Below, one piece after another: positions 18,574-27,803 of a stretch of 64,000 bases of DNA (its first letter is position 1; every line of letters begins with the position of its first letter). Position numbers and translations under genes: made by a program. Origin of the DNA: an uncultured Candidatus Saccharibacteria bacterium (GTDB taxonomy: Bacteria; Patescibacteriota; Saccharimonadia; Saccharimonadales; Saccharimonadaceae); the NCBI GenBank assembly GCA_946222005.1, contig CAMIHP010000002.1, positions 25,322 to 89,321 of the forward strand, read 5' to 3'. The notes beneath the pieces are model-generated. The model was not told the origin of the DNA and made no database searches. It saw only the letters and a program-made list of their open reading frames with translations.

Positions 18574-18840
18574 ATGAGTTCACCAATCAAGCCAATGGCG
18601 CATTTCGTCGTGGCGGTTAAGGAGAAAAAGCCAGAGAAGACTGCCAGCGGGATCTTTTTGCCCGAGTCGGCTCAGGAGAAGTCGGAAGCTGCCAAGGTGA
18701 TTGCTGTTGGATCGGCAGTAGAAGATGTCGTAGTTGACGCGCGGGTCGTTTACAAGAACTACGCAGCTACCACTATTAAGCTCGACAAAGAAGAGTATTT
18801 GATTATCAAGGACGAGGATATCCTCGCCACAGTAGAATAG
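18574..18840 (+). CDS. groES: Co-chaperonin GroES.
   Basis: Roughly 90-aa protein directly upstream of groEL, with a mobile loop and beta-barrel pattern ('KPEKTASGIFLPESAQEK...IAVGS'). Confidence 0.85.
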   Translation: MSSPIKPMAHFVVAVKEKKPEKTASGIFLPESAQEKSEAAKVIAVGSAVEDVVVDARVVYKNYAATTIKLDKEEYLIIKDEDILATVE

Positions 18841-18852
18841 GAGAACTAGTCT

Positions 18853-20496
18853 ATGGCAAAAAAAGTATTTTATGATGAAGATGCGCGCCGCCGGATTTTG
18901 GGTGGGGCAGAGATTCTCTACAACGCAGTGAAGACAACGATGGGGCCAAAGGGTCGCAACGTCGTCATTGGCAAAAGCTACGGTGGCCCAAGCGTCACGC
19001 ACGATGGTGTAACGGTGGCCAAGGGTATCGACATCGAGGATGTTGATGATGAAACACTGGGCTTTAAGGTAGGAGCAGAGCTTATCAAGCAAGCCGCTAA
19101 CAAAATGAACGATGTGGCTGGTGATGGTACAACCACTGTGACGGTTTTGACCTACCATATCCTTAGTGAGGCAAACAAGCTGATTGCTGCTGGTCACAAC
19201 CCAATGCTGCTGCGCAAGGGTCTCGAGCGCGCTGCGGCAGAGGTAACAGCCGCTTTGAGCGAGCAGGCAGAAGACATTCGCAATGATGAAACACGCGTCG
19301 CAGAGGTGGCAACTATCTCGGCGGGTGATGACGCGATTGGCCGGCTGATTGCTGATGTAATGGAGAAGATCGGGCCCAATGGTGTGGTGACGGTTGAGGA
19401 AGGTCGCGGCCTTGAGCTAGAGAGCGAAGTGGTTGAGGGCTTTACCGTTCAGCGCGGCTTCGTCAGCCCGTACATGGCGACAGACACGAAGCGAATGGAA
19501 GCGGTGTACGACAAGCCAGCTATCGTTATTACCGACAAGAAGATTTCTTCGGCGCAGGAGTTTGTCCCGCTGCTTGAGATGATTGCTCAGAGTGGTAAGA
19601 AAGACCTCGTTTTGATTGCTGACGATGTGGATGGCGAAGCGCTTGGCCTGCTTGTGCTTAATCGCCTCAAGGGTGCCTTTAATACACTGGCCATCAAGGC
19701 GCCAAGTGATAAGGATGTCCTCTACGATATTGCTGCTCTGGTAGGCGCAAAAGTCATTACCGAAGACACCGGCATGAGCTTTGATACGGTTGGCCCCGAT
19801 GTGGTCGGTTCGGCTCGCAAGGTGATTGCCACTAAGGATTTGACAACGATCGTCGAAGGGGCTGGTGCGAAGACGGCAGTCGATGCCCGGATTGACCAGA
19901 TTGCCGTTGAGATTGCCAATAGCACAAGCGACTACACCAAGAACAATCTCGTCAAGCGCCAAGCTGCCCTGACTGGCCAAGTGGCGGTGATTAAGGTAGG
20001 TGGGGCAACCGAGACCGAGATCGAAGAGAAGAAATACCGCGTTGATGATGCGGTGGCTGCTGTTAAGGCCGCTCTGGCTGAGGGTGTTGTGCCTGGTGGC
20101 GGGGTGACACTGGTCAACCTCGCGACAAGCTACGCTCACGCTGGTGATGCCGATGCGTCAGTAACCGCTGGTGAGGACTTGCTCATTCACGCGCTGGAGC
20201 AACCATTCCGCATTCTGCTGACTAACTCTGGCCTCAATGCTGATGAGTGGCTGCCACAGGTGAAGGCAGCGCAGCCTGGCTTTGGTATTAACGTTAACAC
20301 ACCAGGCGAGCTGATCGATCTCAAAGCCGCTGGCGTGGTTGACCCTGTTCGTGTTACCAAGGAAGCACTGCAGAATGCTGCGTCCATCGCTGGCACCGCA
20401 ATGACGATGGGTGCGCTCGTCGTCGACCTGCCTGAGAAGGAAGCGGCAAGCCCAGCTGGTATGCCTGGCATGGGCGGCGGTATGGGCATGTACTAG
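18853..20496 (+). CDS. groEL: Chaperonin GroEL (Cpn60), C-terminal GGM tail.
   Basis: 'GPKGRNVVI', 'AGDGTTTVTVL', and the C-terminal 'MPGMGGGMGMY'. Confidence 0.95.
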   Translation: MAKKVFYDEDARRRILGGAEILYNAVKTTMGPKGRNVVIGKSYGGPSVTHDGVTVAKGIDIEDVDDETLGFKVGAELIKQAANKMNDVAGDGTTTVTVLTYHILSEANKLIAAGHNPMLLRKGLERAAAEVTAALSEQAEDIRNDETRVAEVATISAGDDAIGRLIADVMEKIGPNGVVTVEEGRGLELESEVVEGFTVQRGFVSPYMATDTKRMEAVYDKPAIVITDKKISSAQEFVPLLEMIAQSGKKDLVLIADDVDGEALGLLVLNRLKGAFNTLAIKAPSDKDVLYDIAALVGAKVITEDTGMSFDTVGPDVVGSARKVIATKDLTTIVEGAGAKTAVDARIDQIAVEIANSTSDYTKNNLVKRQAALTGQVAVIKVGGATETEIEEKKYRVDDAVAAVKAALAEGVVPGGGVTLVNLATSYAHAGDADASVTAGEDLLIHALEQPFRILLTNSGLNADEWLPQVKAAQPGFGINVNTPGELIDLKAAGVVDPVRVTKEALQNAASIAGTAMTMGALVVDLPEKEAASPAGMPGMGGGMGMY

Positions 20497-20520
20497 GCCT
20501 CGTCCTGCCTTGTTTTGCAA

Positions 20521-20550
20521 AAACCCACCACATCTGTGGTGGGTTTTTAT
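20521..20550 (+). terminator. Rho-independent terminator after groEL.
   Basis: aaacccaccaca-tc-tgtggtggg-ttttt. Confidence 0.75.
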
Positions 20551-20600
20551 GCGGGAAAGAATCGGTTGACAGATACCCCCAGGGGGTATATCATAGGAGT

Positions 20601-20879
20601 ATGAGCAAAGATATTACCAGACGAGCACTACACCGTATCAAAATTATGAAGGGCCAGCTTGAGGGGTTAGAGAAGCGTGTGGCTGATGATGCTTACTGCA
20701 TGGATATTATTATCCAGAGTTTGTCGATCCAGAAGTCGCTGGCGTCACTCAACAAGCTGATGGTCAAGCAACACCTTGAGACGCATGTGGCTGAGATGCT
20801 GGCGTCAAGTGATACAAAGCAGCGCGATAAGGCGCTCAAAGAGCTCGATCAGCTCTATGACCTGACGAACATTCGCTAG
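20601..20879 (+). CDS. CsoR/RcnR/FrmR-family metal-sensing transcriptional repressor.
   Basis: 92-aa all-helical protein. Cys in 'YCMDII' and the H-x3-H pair 'QHLETH', which fit the ligand positions of this family. Directly upstream of the metal ATPase. Confidence 0.7.
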   Translation: MSKDITRRALHRIKIMKGQLEGLEKRVADDAYCMDIIIQSLSIQKSLASLNKLMVKQHLETHVAEMLASSDTKQRDKALKELDQLYDLTNIR

Positions 20880-20914
20880 TAGCAAGCGGATATAAGAATG
20901 GAAAGGATAATACG

Positions 20915-22972
20915 GTGCGCAGCACCGAGGAGTTTGTTATGGATACAAAACAGTCACAGCACCATCATATGACTCATGGTGAGCATGCGCACCATGAGCA
21001 GCATGCGACGGGGAGTTGTGCTCATCATGAGACGCATGGACAGAGCGGCCATTGCGGGCATGATGCGGCGCAATTTCGGCAGCGGTTTTGGCTATCGCTG
21101 CTGATAACAATCGGTGTACTGGTGTGTTCACCACTACTTCAGCAGTGGCTCGGGTATACACTACCTGAGGTGGTGAGCCGGTATGTGCCGGCCATAAGCG
21201 GGACGATATTGCTGTGGTATGGTGGCCGAGTCTTTATCCGGGCGGGGTGGCAGGAGCTACGCCAGCGCCAGCCCGGTATGATGCTGCTGATTGCTCTGGC
21301 GATCAGTGTGGCGTATGGCTACAGCCTGCTGGTGACCAGTGGCGTGGTAGCAGGGATGGATTTTTGGTGGGAGCTCGCGTCGCTCATTACCATTATGCTT
21401 CTCGGGCACTGGCTTGAAATGGCAGCGATTAAGCGGGCAACGGATGCCGCTCATACCTTAGCTCAGCTCTTACCCGAGACGGCAGAGGTTGTGACGGAGC
21501 AATCGATTGATACAGTGCCGCTTGATCATCTGGCTGTGGGGATGACCGTGCTGGTGCGCCCGGGTGGGCGTGTGCCAGTGGATGGCCAGGTGATATCTGG
21601 TGCGTCACAGGTCGATGAGTCGATGCTCACGGGTGAGTCGCGCCCTGTTGCTAAGCAGCCAGGGAGTCTTGTGACGGCAGGCACGATCAATGGCACTGGT
21701 GCGCTTCATGTTATGGCCCAGCACATTGGTAATGATACAACATTGTCGCATATTATGGAGCTGGTGCGCCAGGCTGAGCAGCGTCGGTCGCGAACGCAGG
21801 TGCTGGCAGATCGGGCAGCGGGCTATCTTTTCTATGCAGCGCTTGCTACTGCGCTGCTGGCGGGCGCTGGCTGGGCGCTGGCTGGTGCATCGCTGGGTGA
21901 AGTGTTGCAGCGAGTGGTGACAGTGCTGGTGGTGGCGTGCCCGCACGCCTTGGGCTTAGCGGTGCCGCTGGTTGTATCGATCTCGACTGGGCTTGCGGCC
22001 CAGCGCGGTATTGTGGTGCGTGATCGCCGCGCCTTTGAGGCCGCGCGGCAAGTCGATGTGGTGTTATTTGATAAAACGGGTACACTGACAACTGGCCACC
22101 TGGCAGTAGTTGCAGTCCATGGTGGGGACGAGGCGGCTATTCTGGGATTAGCGGCGGCGGCTGAGCATGAAGCAGAACACCCGATTGCAGCAGCAATTCG
22201 CCGCGCGGCAGCCGATCGCCATGTGGCGATACCTGCTGTGCGTGACCTCCAGACGGTGCCAGGTTATGGCGTGCAGGCTGTGGTTGATGGCGTGCCGACG
22301 TTAGTTGGCAATGCAGCCTTTATGCAGCAGCATCAGATTGATCGAGATGAGATAACGACGGACCATACAGTGGTTTACGTTGCCCAGGCTGGACGCGTCT
22401 GTGGTGTGATTGAGCTTGGTGATGCGCCGCGCCCTGGTGCGGCAGCGGCAGTCGCAACGCTCCAACGTCGCGGTATACCGGTTGCTATGGTAACAGGAGA
22501 TGGTGTGAGGCCAGCCAATGCGATTGCTCGCCTCGTTGGTATCACGGAGGTCCACGCTGAGGTAACACCAGCTAAGAAGGCGGCGATTGTCATGGCGTAC
22601 CAGCAGCAGGGGAAGCGAGTGTGCTTTGTTGGTGATGGCGTGAATGATGCACCAGCGCTTGCCCAGGCCGAGAGTGGTGTCGCGATTGGGACGGGGACTG
22701 ATGTTGCCGCAGCGTCTGCTGGGATTATGCTGGTTGGTGATGATCCGCAGGCGGTTGTCCGGGTGATCACGCTGGCCCAGGCGACGTACCGCAAAATGGT
22801 GCAAAACCTCTGCTGGGGAGCGGGTTACAATGTGCTGATGCTTCCCCTCGCAGCTGGGGTGCTTGCGCCAGTCGGGGTGGTTATTTCGCCCGCGATTGGT
22901 GCGGTGGTGATGTCACTTTCGACGATCATTGTTGCAGCAAATGCACAACTCTTACGCCGCACGGTGGTGTAA
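20915..22972 (+). CDS. P1B-type heavy-metal translocating ATPase of the CopB-like subgroup (His-rich N-terminus, CPH motif).
   Basis: His-rich N-terminus 'QSQHHHMTHGEHAHHEQHATGSCAHHETHGQSGHCGHD'. TM6 'ACPHALGLAVP'. 'DKTGTLT' phosphorylation site. 'GDGVNDAPAL'. Confidence 0.9.
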   Translation: MRSTEEFVMDTKQSQHHHMTHGEHAHHEQHATGSCAHHETHGQSGHCGHDAAQFRQRFWLSLLITIGVLVCSPLLQQWLGYTLPEVVSRYVPAISGTILLWYGGRVFIRAGWQELRQRQPGMMLLIALAISVAYGYSLLVTSGVVAGMDFWWELASLITIMLLGHWLEMAAIKRATDAAHTLAQLLPETAEVVTEQSIDTVPLDHLAVGMTVLVRPGGRVPVDGQVISGASQVDESMLTGESRPVAKQPGSLVTAGTINGTGALHVMAQHIGNDTTLSHIMELVRQAEQRRSRTQVLADRAAGYLFYAALATALLAGAGWALAGASLGEVLQRVVTVLVVACPHALGLAVPLVVSISTGLAAQRGIVVRDRRAFEAARQVDVVLFDKTGTLTTGHLAVVAVHGGDEAAILGLAAAAEHEAEHPIAAAIRRAAADRHVAIPAVRDLQTVPGYGVQAVVDGVPTLVGNAAFMQQHQIDRDEITTDHTVVYVAQAGRVCGVIELGDAPRPGAAAAVATLQRRGIPVAMVTGDGVRPANAIARLVGITEVHAEVTPAKKAAIVMAYQQQGKRVCFVGDGVNDAPALAQAESGVAIGTGTDVAAASAGIMLVGDDPQAVVRVITLAQATYRKMVQNLCWGAGYNVLMLPLAAGVLAPVGVVISPAIGAVVMSLSTIIVAANAQLLRRTVV

Positions 22973-23028
22973 GTCGCGAGCTCCGTTATTGACAGACTTG
23001 CGCTATCTATGTCATACTAGCGCGCAGT

Positions 23029-24069
23029 ATGCTTTCATTCTTAGGGAATTTTACCGCGTCGTTTCGGGTGGCGCTTGTGATGTGGCCATTTGCTGCACTT
23101 GTGTTGACGTTGCCGCTGTTATTGGTGCACTATATGCGCTTTCGCCGGGTGGCATTTGGCCGGGTAGTCATGACGTATTTGGTGGTGCTCTATGGCTTGG
23201 CGCTAGCTGCCTTTACGCTTTACCCGATGCCAGATAATGCGGCGCGCTTTTGCGGGAGCCACCATATCCAGCCGCAATTAGTGCCACTGGCGTCGATTTT
23301 CGATATCTCGCATGAGGGTGTGCGGGCGTTGCTACAGGTGGTGCTTAATGTTATTTTCTTTGTGCCACTGGGGGCGTTTTTGCGGGCGATGTATCGGGTG
23401 CGCTGGTGGACGGTGGTGGCGATTGGCCTTATGACGTCGGTAGTGATTGAACTCACGCAGCTCACGGGGGTGTTTGGCGTATATCCGTGTAGCTATCGGT
23501 TGTTTGATGTTGATGATTTGCTGCTTAATACGAGCGGGGCACTGCTGGGCTTTTGGTTGGGTTGGTTACTGCCAAATCTTCGTGATACTGAGCGTGGGGC
23601 AACGACGATTCACCAGCCTGGCCTCGTGCGGCGTATCGTTGCCTTTGTTGTTGATATGACTGGAGTGGCGATTGGCTCAACAATTGTGATGGTAGCACTT
23701 ACACTCTTCAATGTATTGCATTCACGGCAGTGGACTGAACAGATGCAGATGCTGACGCAGATCGTTCCGTATGGCTTTATTGCGCTCGTGCATGCCATCC
23801 TCCCATTGGTGGCGCAGGGGCGGACGCTGGGTGGCTGGCTAACGGGTATTTCGCTGGACGATCGGCCGCGGGGGTGGTTCCACCGCGTGGTATTCTATGC
23901 GGTGCGGCTGCTCTATATTGCGGTGCTGTCGATGGTGCATCTGCCGTTTGTGTCATTAATGACGCTGCTTGTCACGATCGTGCTATGGTATCGGTATAAG
24001 CAGCTGCCCTATGCAGTGCTTGATCGGTACTGGCCAACGCGTCACACGCCAACCACTGATGACGAGTAA
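23029..24069 (+). CDS. VanZ-like domain fused to an RDD-family membrane domain.
   Basis: VanZ-like N-terminal half ('NVIFFVPLGAFL...ELTQL...LDVDDLLLNTSGALLGF'). C-terminal half with TM pairs and Arg/Asp-containing RDD-like loops. Confidence 0.6.
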   Translation: MLSFLGNFTASFRVALVMWPFAALVLTLPLLLVHYMRFRRVAFGRVVMTYLVVLYGLALAAFTLYPMPDNAARFCGSHHIQPQLVPLASIFDISHEGVRALLQVVLNVIFFVPLGAFLRAMYRVRWWTVVAIGLMTSVVIELTQLTGVFGVYPCSYRLFDVDDLLLNTSGALLGFWLGWLLPNLRDTERGATTIHQPGLVRRIVAFVVDMTGVAIGSTIVMVALTLFNVLHSRQWTEQMQMLTQIVPYGFIALVHAILPLVAQGRTLGGWLTGISLDDRPRGWFHRVVFYAVRLLYIAVLSMVHLPFVSLMTLLVTIVLWYRYKQLPYAVLDRYWPTRHTPTTDDE

Positions 24070-24149
24070 CCTATACCACCTCACACTTTACCTATTCTGG
24101 CAAACGATATAGACTAGAAGGAGACAGCTAGCAAAAGCAAGGAGGCGAT

Positions 24150-25520
24150 ATGCGGACGGCAATGGTGAAAAGTGTGCTCAGTGTCATGATGATAGCAGTC
24201 GGATGCCAGCTGATGGCTCCAGTGCCAGCTCAGGCTGCGGAGCGGAGGACAATCTCAGTCTATGTCAGTGACGAGAACCTCCCAAAGGTGGCTGACGACC
24301 ATCTAAAGATGATCGATCGGCTCATTGTTCATTTTGGGCGTATTGCAGCCGATGGGCGCGTGACACTTGATACACTGCCACACCTCAAGCAAGCAGCCAC
24401 GCTGCAGCGGATTCGGGCGGTTAATCCGCGTATCTCCCTTATTCTCTCAATTGGTGGTGGTAATGATGCTGCGCGAAGTGAGTTCGATGCGATGGTGCGC
24501 CAGGTAAGCACCCGGCAGGCCTTTGTGAGCTCTGTCAAGGAGGCGCTGCACGCTCATCAGTTAGACGGGGTGGATATCGACTGGGAGTTTCCAAAGGGGA
24601 GCCAGCAGACTGATTTGATTGCTCTCTTGCGCGAATTGCGCGCAGCAACGACCACCAGCGGACGCCAGCCGAGTATTTCGATGACGGGTGCACCAGCCAA
24701 GTGGTATGCTGAGCAAAATAAGTTTGCTGAGTACCAGCAGTATCTTGACCAGATTGCGATCATGACATATGACATGCGGGGATTTGGCTCGTTCAAGACG
24801 CACGCTGGGCATCATGCTGGGCTCTATACCGCGCCGGATGACCCGCTCGACCAGAGTGCCAACTCGGCGGTGCAGCACTACCAAGCTCATGGTGCGCCAA
24901 CAAACAAATTAATGATTGGGGCGGGGTGGTATAGCCGGCGGTTTACCTCAGTTCCTGAGGTGAATCATGGGTTGCACCAGCCTGTGGGGGACACCCAGAA
25001 GGCTGGTGAATACCACACCACGTATGACCGGCTCGAGCGAGAGTATATTAATAAGAATGGCTACACTCGCTACTGGGACGACGCAAGCAAAGCGCCGTAT
25101 CTCTATAATGCTGCGCGGCGTGAGTTTATTAGCTATGACGATGCGGAGTCAATGAAGTACAAGGCAGAGTATGTCCAGCAGCATAACCTGCAAGGGATTA
25201 TTGTCTGGCGCTATCTTTCTGACCCGCAGAGTAATGATGCGTTGCTGCGCCAACTTGATCACACGCTGCATGGTAGCGCTGCGCCATTGTCGACTCAGCC
25301 GCAATCGAATCAGTCACAGAATATCACGCTGCCACCGAAGGTAATGCATATCTCACAGGCCGAACAGCCACAACCAAGCCAGCCACCGCACGAGGGAGCA
25401 TTGGCAGCGGCTGGTGATAATGTGCCGCTGCTATACTACGGTGGCGCGACGTTGGTTATGTTAGGCGTGCTTGGTGCGGCAGTGTATGCTTGGCGTCGTC
25501 GGCATATAAAAAGGTATTGA
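24150..25520 (+). CDS. Glycoside hydrolase family 18 (chitinase-like), secreted, with a C-terminal TM anchor and basic tail.
   Basis: Signal peptide '...VPAQAAE'. GH18 catalytic motif 'LDGVDIDWEFP'. C-terminal 'LLYYGGATLVMLGVLGAAVYAWRRRHIKRY'. Confidence 0.8.
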   Translation: MRTAMVKSVLSVMMIAVGCQLMAPVPAQAAERRTISVYVSDENLPKVADDHLKMIDRLIVHFGRIAADGRVTLDTLPHLKQAATLQRIRAVNPRISLILSIGGGNDAARSEFDAMVRQVSTRQAFVSSVKEALHAHQLDGVDIDWEFPKGSQQTDLIALLRELRAATTTSGRQPSISMTGAPAKWYAEQNKFAEYQQYLDQIAIMTYDMRGFGSFKTHAGHHAGLYTAPDDPLDQSANSAVQHYQAHGAPTNKLMIGAGWYSRRFTSVPEVNHGLHQPVGDTQKAGEYHTTYDRLEREYINKNGYTRYWDDASKAPYLYNAARREFISYDDAESMKYKAEYVQQHNLQGIIVWRYLSDPQSNDALLRQLDHTLHGSAAPLSTQPQSNQSQNITLPPKVMHISQAEQPQPSQPPHEGALAAAGDNVPLLYYGGATLVMLGVLGAAVYAWRRRHIKRY

Positions 25521-25554
25521 CAATAAATAGTTTAGGCAGTAAACTATTCATTGT

Positions 25555-26025
25555 ATGAAGGTAGAAGCAAAGTCAGGTGCACAGCCGCAGCGCCAAGTAT
25601 GTATTGAGAACATCACAAGCTACTTATTTCAGCTCAAGCAGCGCCTGGCACGCGCTCAGCGCCAGACGGATCAGCAGTTTGGTTTGGCGCCTGTTCACTG
25701 GCATGTGCTGGGCCTATTGCATAGTGGGGCAATCGAGACGATGGGTGATGTAGCCGCAAAGCTGTGCGTCTCCAAGGGTGCGGCGACGCAGATTCTTGAC
25801 GTGCTGGTGGCAAAACAGCTCGTCCAGCGCACGCCAGACCAGCATGATCGACGGGTGGTGCGCCTACAGTTGACTGCGCAAAGCCAGCAGATGACCGATC
25901 ACTTCCAGCAGTATATGGCGGAGACGATTGCTGATCTCTTTGCGGTACTGAGCGATGCCGAGCTGGCGCAGCTCGACCAGCTTATTGATAAAGTAGCCCA
26001 GGGCCACCGGGCGGAGCAAACATGA
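25555..26025 (+). CDS. MarR-family transcriptional regulator.
   Basis: Winged-helix region 'VHWHVLGLLHSGAIETMGDVAAKLCVSKGAATQILDVLVAKQLVQRTPDQHDRRVVRLQLT'. Confidence 0.75.
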   Translation: MKVEAKSGAQPQRQVCIENITSYLFQLKQRLARAQRQTDQQFGLAPVHWHVLGLLHSGAIETMGDVAAKLCVSKGAATQILDVLVAKQLVQRTPDQHDRRVVRLQLTAQSQQMTDHFQQYMAETIADLFAVLSDAELAQLDQLIDKVAQGHRAEQT

Positions 26026-27803
26026 CGTATATCTGGCGATTACTCCGGGGATATTGGTGGCAGCTGGGACTGCTGGTTGCTGCGACGTATGGCTCAGTGA
26101 TGGCAACGCTTAGTTTGCCAGACTTTATGGCAGCGATTGTTAACAAGGGTATCGTTGGCGCTGATATGGCCGTTCTGTGGCATAATGGCTGGCAGATGAT
26201 TGTGGTAACGCTGGCGGGTGCAGCGGGGACGATTGTCTCAGTTTTCTTTGCGACGCGGATTGCGACTGGCCTCAGTCAGCAGCTGCGCGACCAAGTGTTT
26301 GCCCGGGTGGAGGATTATGCTGTGGCGGACTTTAACCGTTTCTCGACAGCGTCGCTGATTACGCGTTCGACGAATGACATCCAGCAGATCCAATCAACGG
26401 CGATTATGCTGCTGCGCATTGCCTTGATGGCACCGATTATGGCCGTGGCTGGCCTGCAAAAGGCGCTGGCTAATGCACCGAGCCTGAGCTGGATTATTGC
26501 TCTGGCGGTTGCTGTGCTTTTGGTGGTCATTATTGGCTTGTTTATTGCGGCGATGCCTCGTTTTCAGCGCTTGCAGAGCATGGTGGACAAGCAGAACTTA
26601 GTTGCCCGCGAGAACTTGACGGGCCTGCGCGTGGTGCGCGCTTTTCATACCGAGGCAGTCGAAGAAGCAAAATTTGATGCCGTCAACCATGAGCTGACGA
26701 AGCTCAACTTGGTAGTCAATCGTCTGATGATGGTGATGGAGCCAGTGATGATGCTGGTGATGAATCTTGCGAGCGTGGCGGTGGTGTGGTATGGCGCGCT
26801 GGCAATTGGTGATGGGCACCTAGCGATTGGCAATATGATGGCTTTTTTGCAATATGCTTTGCAAGTGATTATGTCGTTCTTGATGATTTCGATGGTGTTT
26901 ATTATGGCACCACGCGCGGCTGTGTCGGTGCGCCGGGTAGCAGAGGTGCTCGATACCAAGCCGTCGATCACTGACCCAGCTGAGCCTCAGCCACTCACGC
27001 CGGGTGGTACGGGGCGGATTGAATTTCGTGATGTTACCTTTGCCTACCCAGGGGCAGACGAGCCAGTACTCAGTAACATTAGCTTTGTGACGGAGCCTGG
27101 CCAGACGACGGCGTTTATTGGCAGCACAGGCTCGGGCAAGTCGACATTAGTTAATCTGATCCCGCGGTTTTATGATGTGTCGGCTGGGCAGATTTTGCTT
27201 GATGGGGTGGATATTCGTCACCTCAGGCTGACTGACTTAGCCAGCCAGATTGGCTATGTGCCGCAAAAGGGTGTGCTGTTTCGGGGGAGTATTGCCAGCA
27301 ATATTGCCTATGGCGCACCTGAGGCCGATGAGGCGGCGATTGCTCATGCAGCAGAGGTGGCCCAGGCGAGCGACTTTATTGCCCAGCTCGATGATGGCAT
27401 GGCGAGCGAGGTGGCACAAGGTGGCACCAATGTCTCGGGTGGGCAGCGCCAGCGCCTCGCGATCGCCCGGGCCTTGGCGGCGCAGCCCCAGGTGTATATC
27501 TTTGATGATTCGTTCTCGGCACTTGATGCGCGGACGGATGCCGCGCTGCGCCGCCGCCTCACACAGGAGGTGGCGGGCAAGACGGTGCTGATCGTTGGGC
27601 AGCGGATCAATACGATCGCCCAGGCGGATACAATTATTGTCCTTGATGAAGGTCGGATCGTTGGCCAGGGGCGGCACCAGGAGCTGATGAAAACCTGTGC
27701 GGTGTACCAAGAGATCGCCGCGTCGCAGCTCAGTGAGCGCGAGCTGGCTGCGCTTGAGCGGCCTGCTCCGCTCAGCGCTGCCGCGCAAGGAGGGGCGTTA
27801 TGA
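26022..27803 (+). CDS. ABC exporter, fused permease/ATPase (first half of a heterodimeric multidrug-type exporter).
   Basis: Six TM helices followed by an NBD with 'GSTGSGKSTL', 'VSGGQRQRLAIARAL' and 'IFDDSFSALD'. Overlaps the MarR stop by 4 bp. Confidence 0.9.
   Translation: MTYIWRLLRGYWWQLGLLVAATYGSVMATLSLPDFMAAIVNKGIVGADMAVLWHNGWQMIVVTLAGAAGTIVSVFFATRIATGLSQQLRDQVFARVEDYAVADFNRFSTASLITRSTNDIQQIQSTAIMLLRIALMAPIMAVAGLQKALANAPSLSWIIALAVAVLLVVIIGLFIAAMPRFQRLQSMVDKQNLVARENLTGLRVVRAFHTEAVEEAKFDAVNHELTKLNLVVNRLMMVMEPVMMLVMNLASVAVVWYGALAIGDGHLAIGNMMAFLQYALQVIMSFLMISMVFIMAPRAAVSVRRVAEVLDTKPSITDPAEPQPLTPGGTGRIEFRDVTFAYPGADEPVLSNISFVTEPGQTTAFIGSTGSGKSTLVNLIPRFYDVSAGQILLDGVDIRHLRLTDLASQIGYVPQKGVLFRGSIASNIAYGAPEADEAAIAHAAEVAQASDFIAQLDDGMASEVAQGGTNVSGGQRQRLAIARALAAQPQVYIFDDSFSALDARTDAALRRRLTQEVAGKTVLIVGQRINTIAQADTIIVLDEGRIVGQGRHQELMKTCAVYQEIAASQLSERELAALERPAPLSAAAQGGAL

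Noticed and set aside
20937-21080. His-codon-rich stretch (cat/cac repeats)
   Set aside because: It encodes the poly-His metal-binding N-terminus of the CopB-type ATPase. It is not an independent repeat element.
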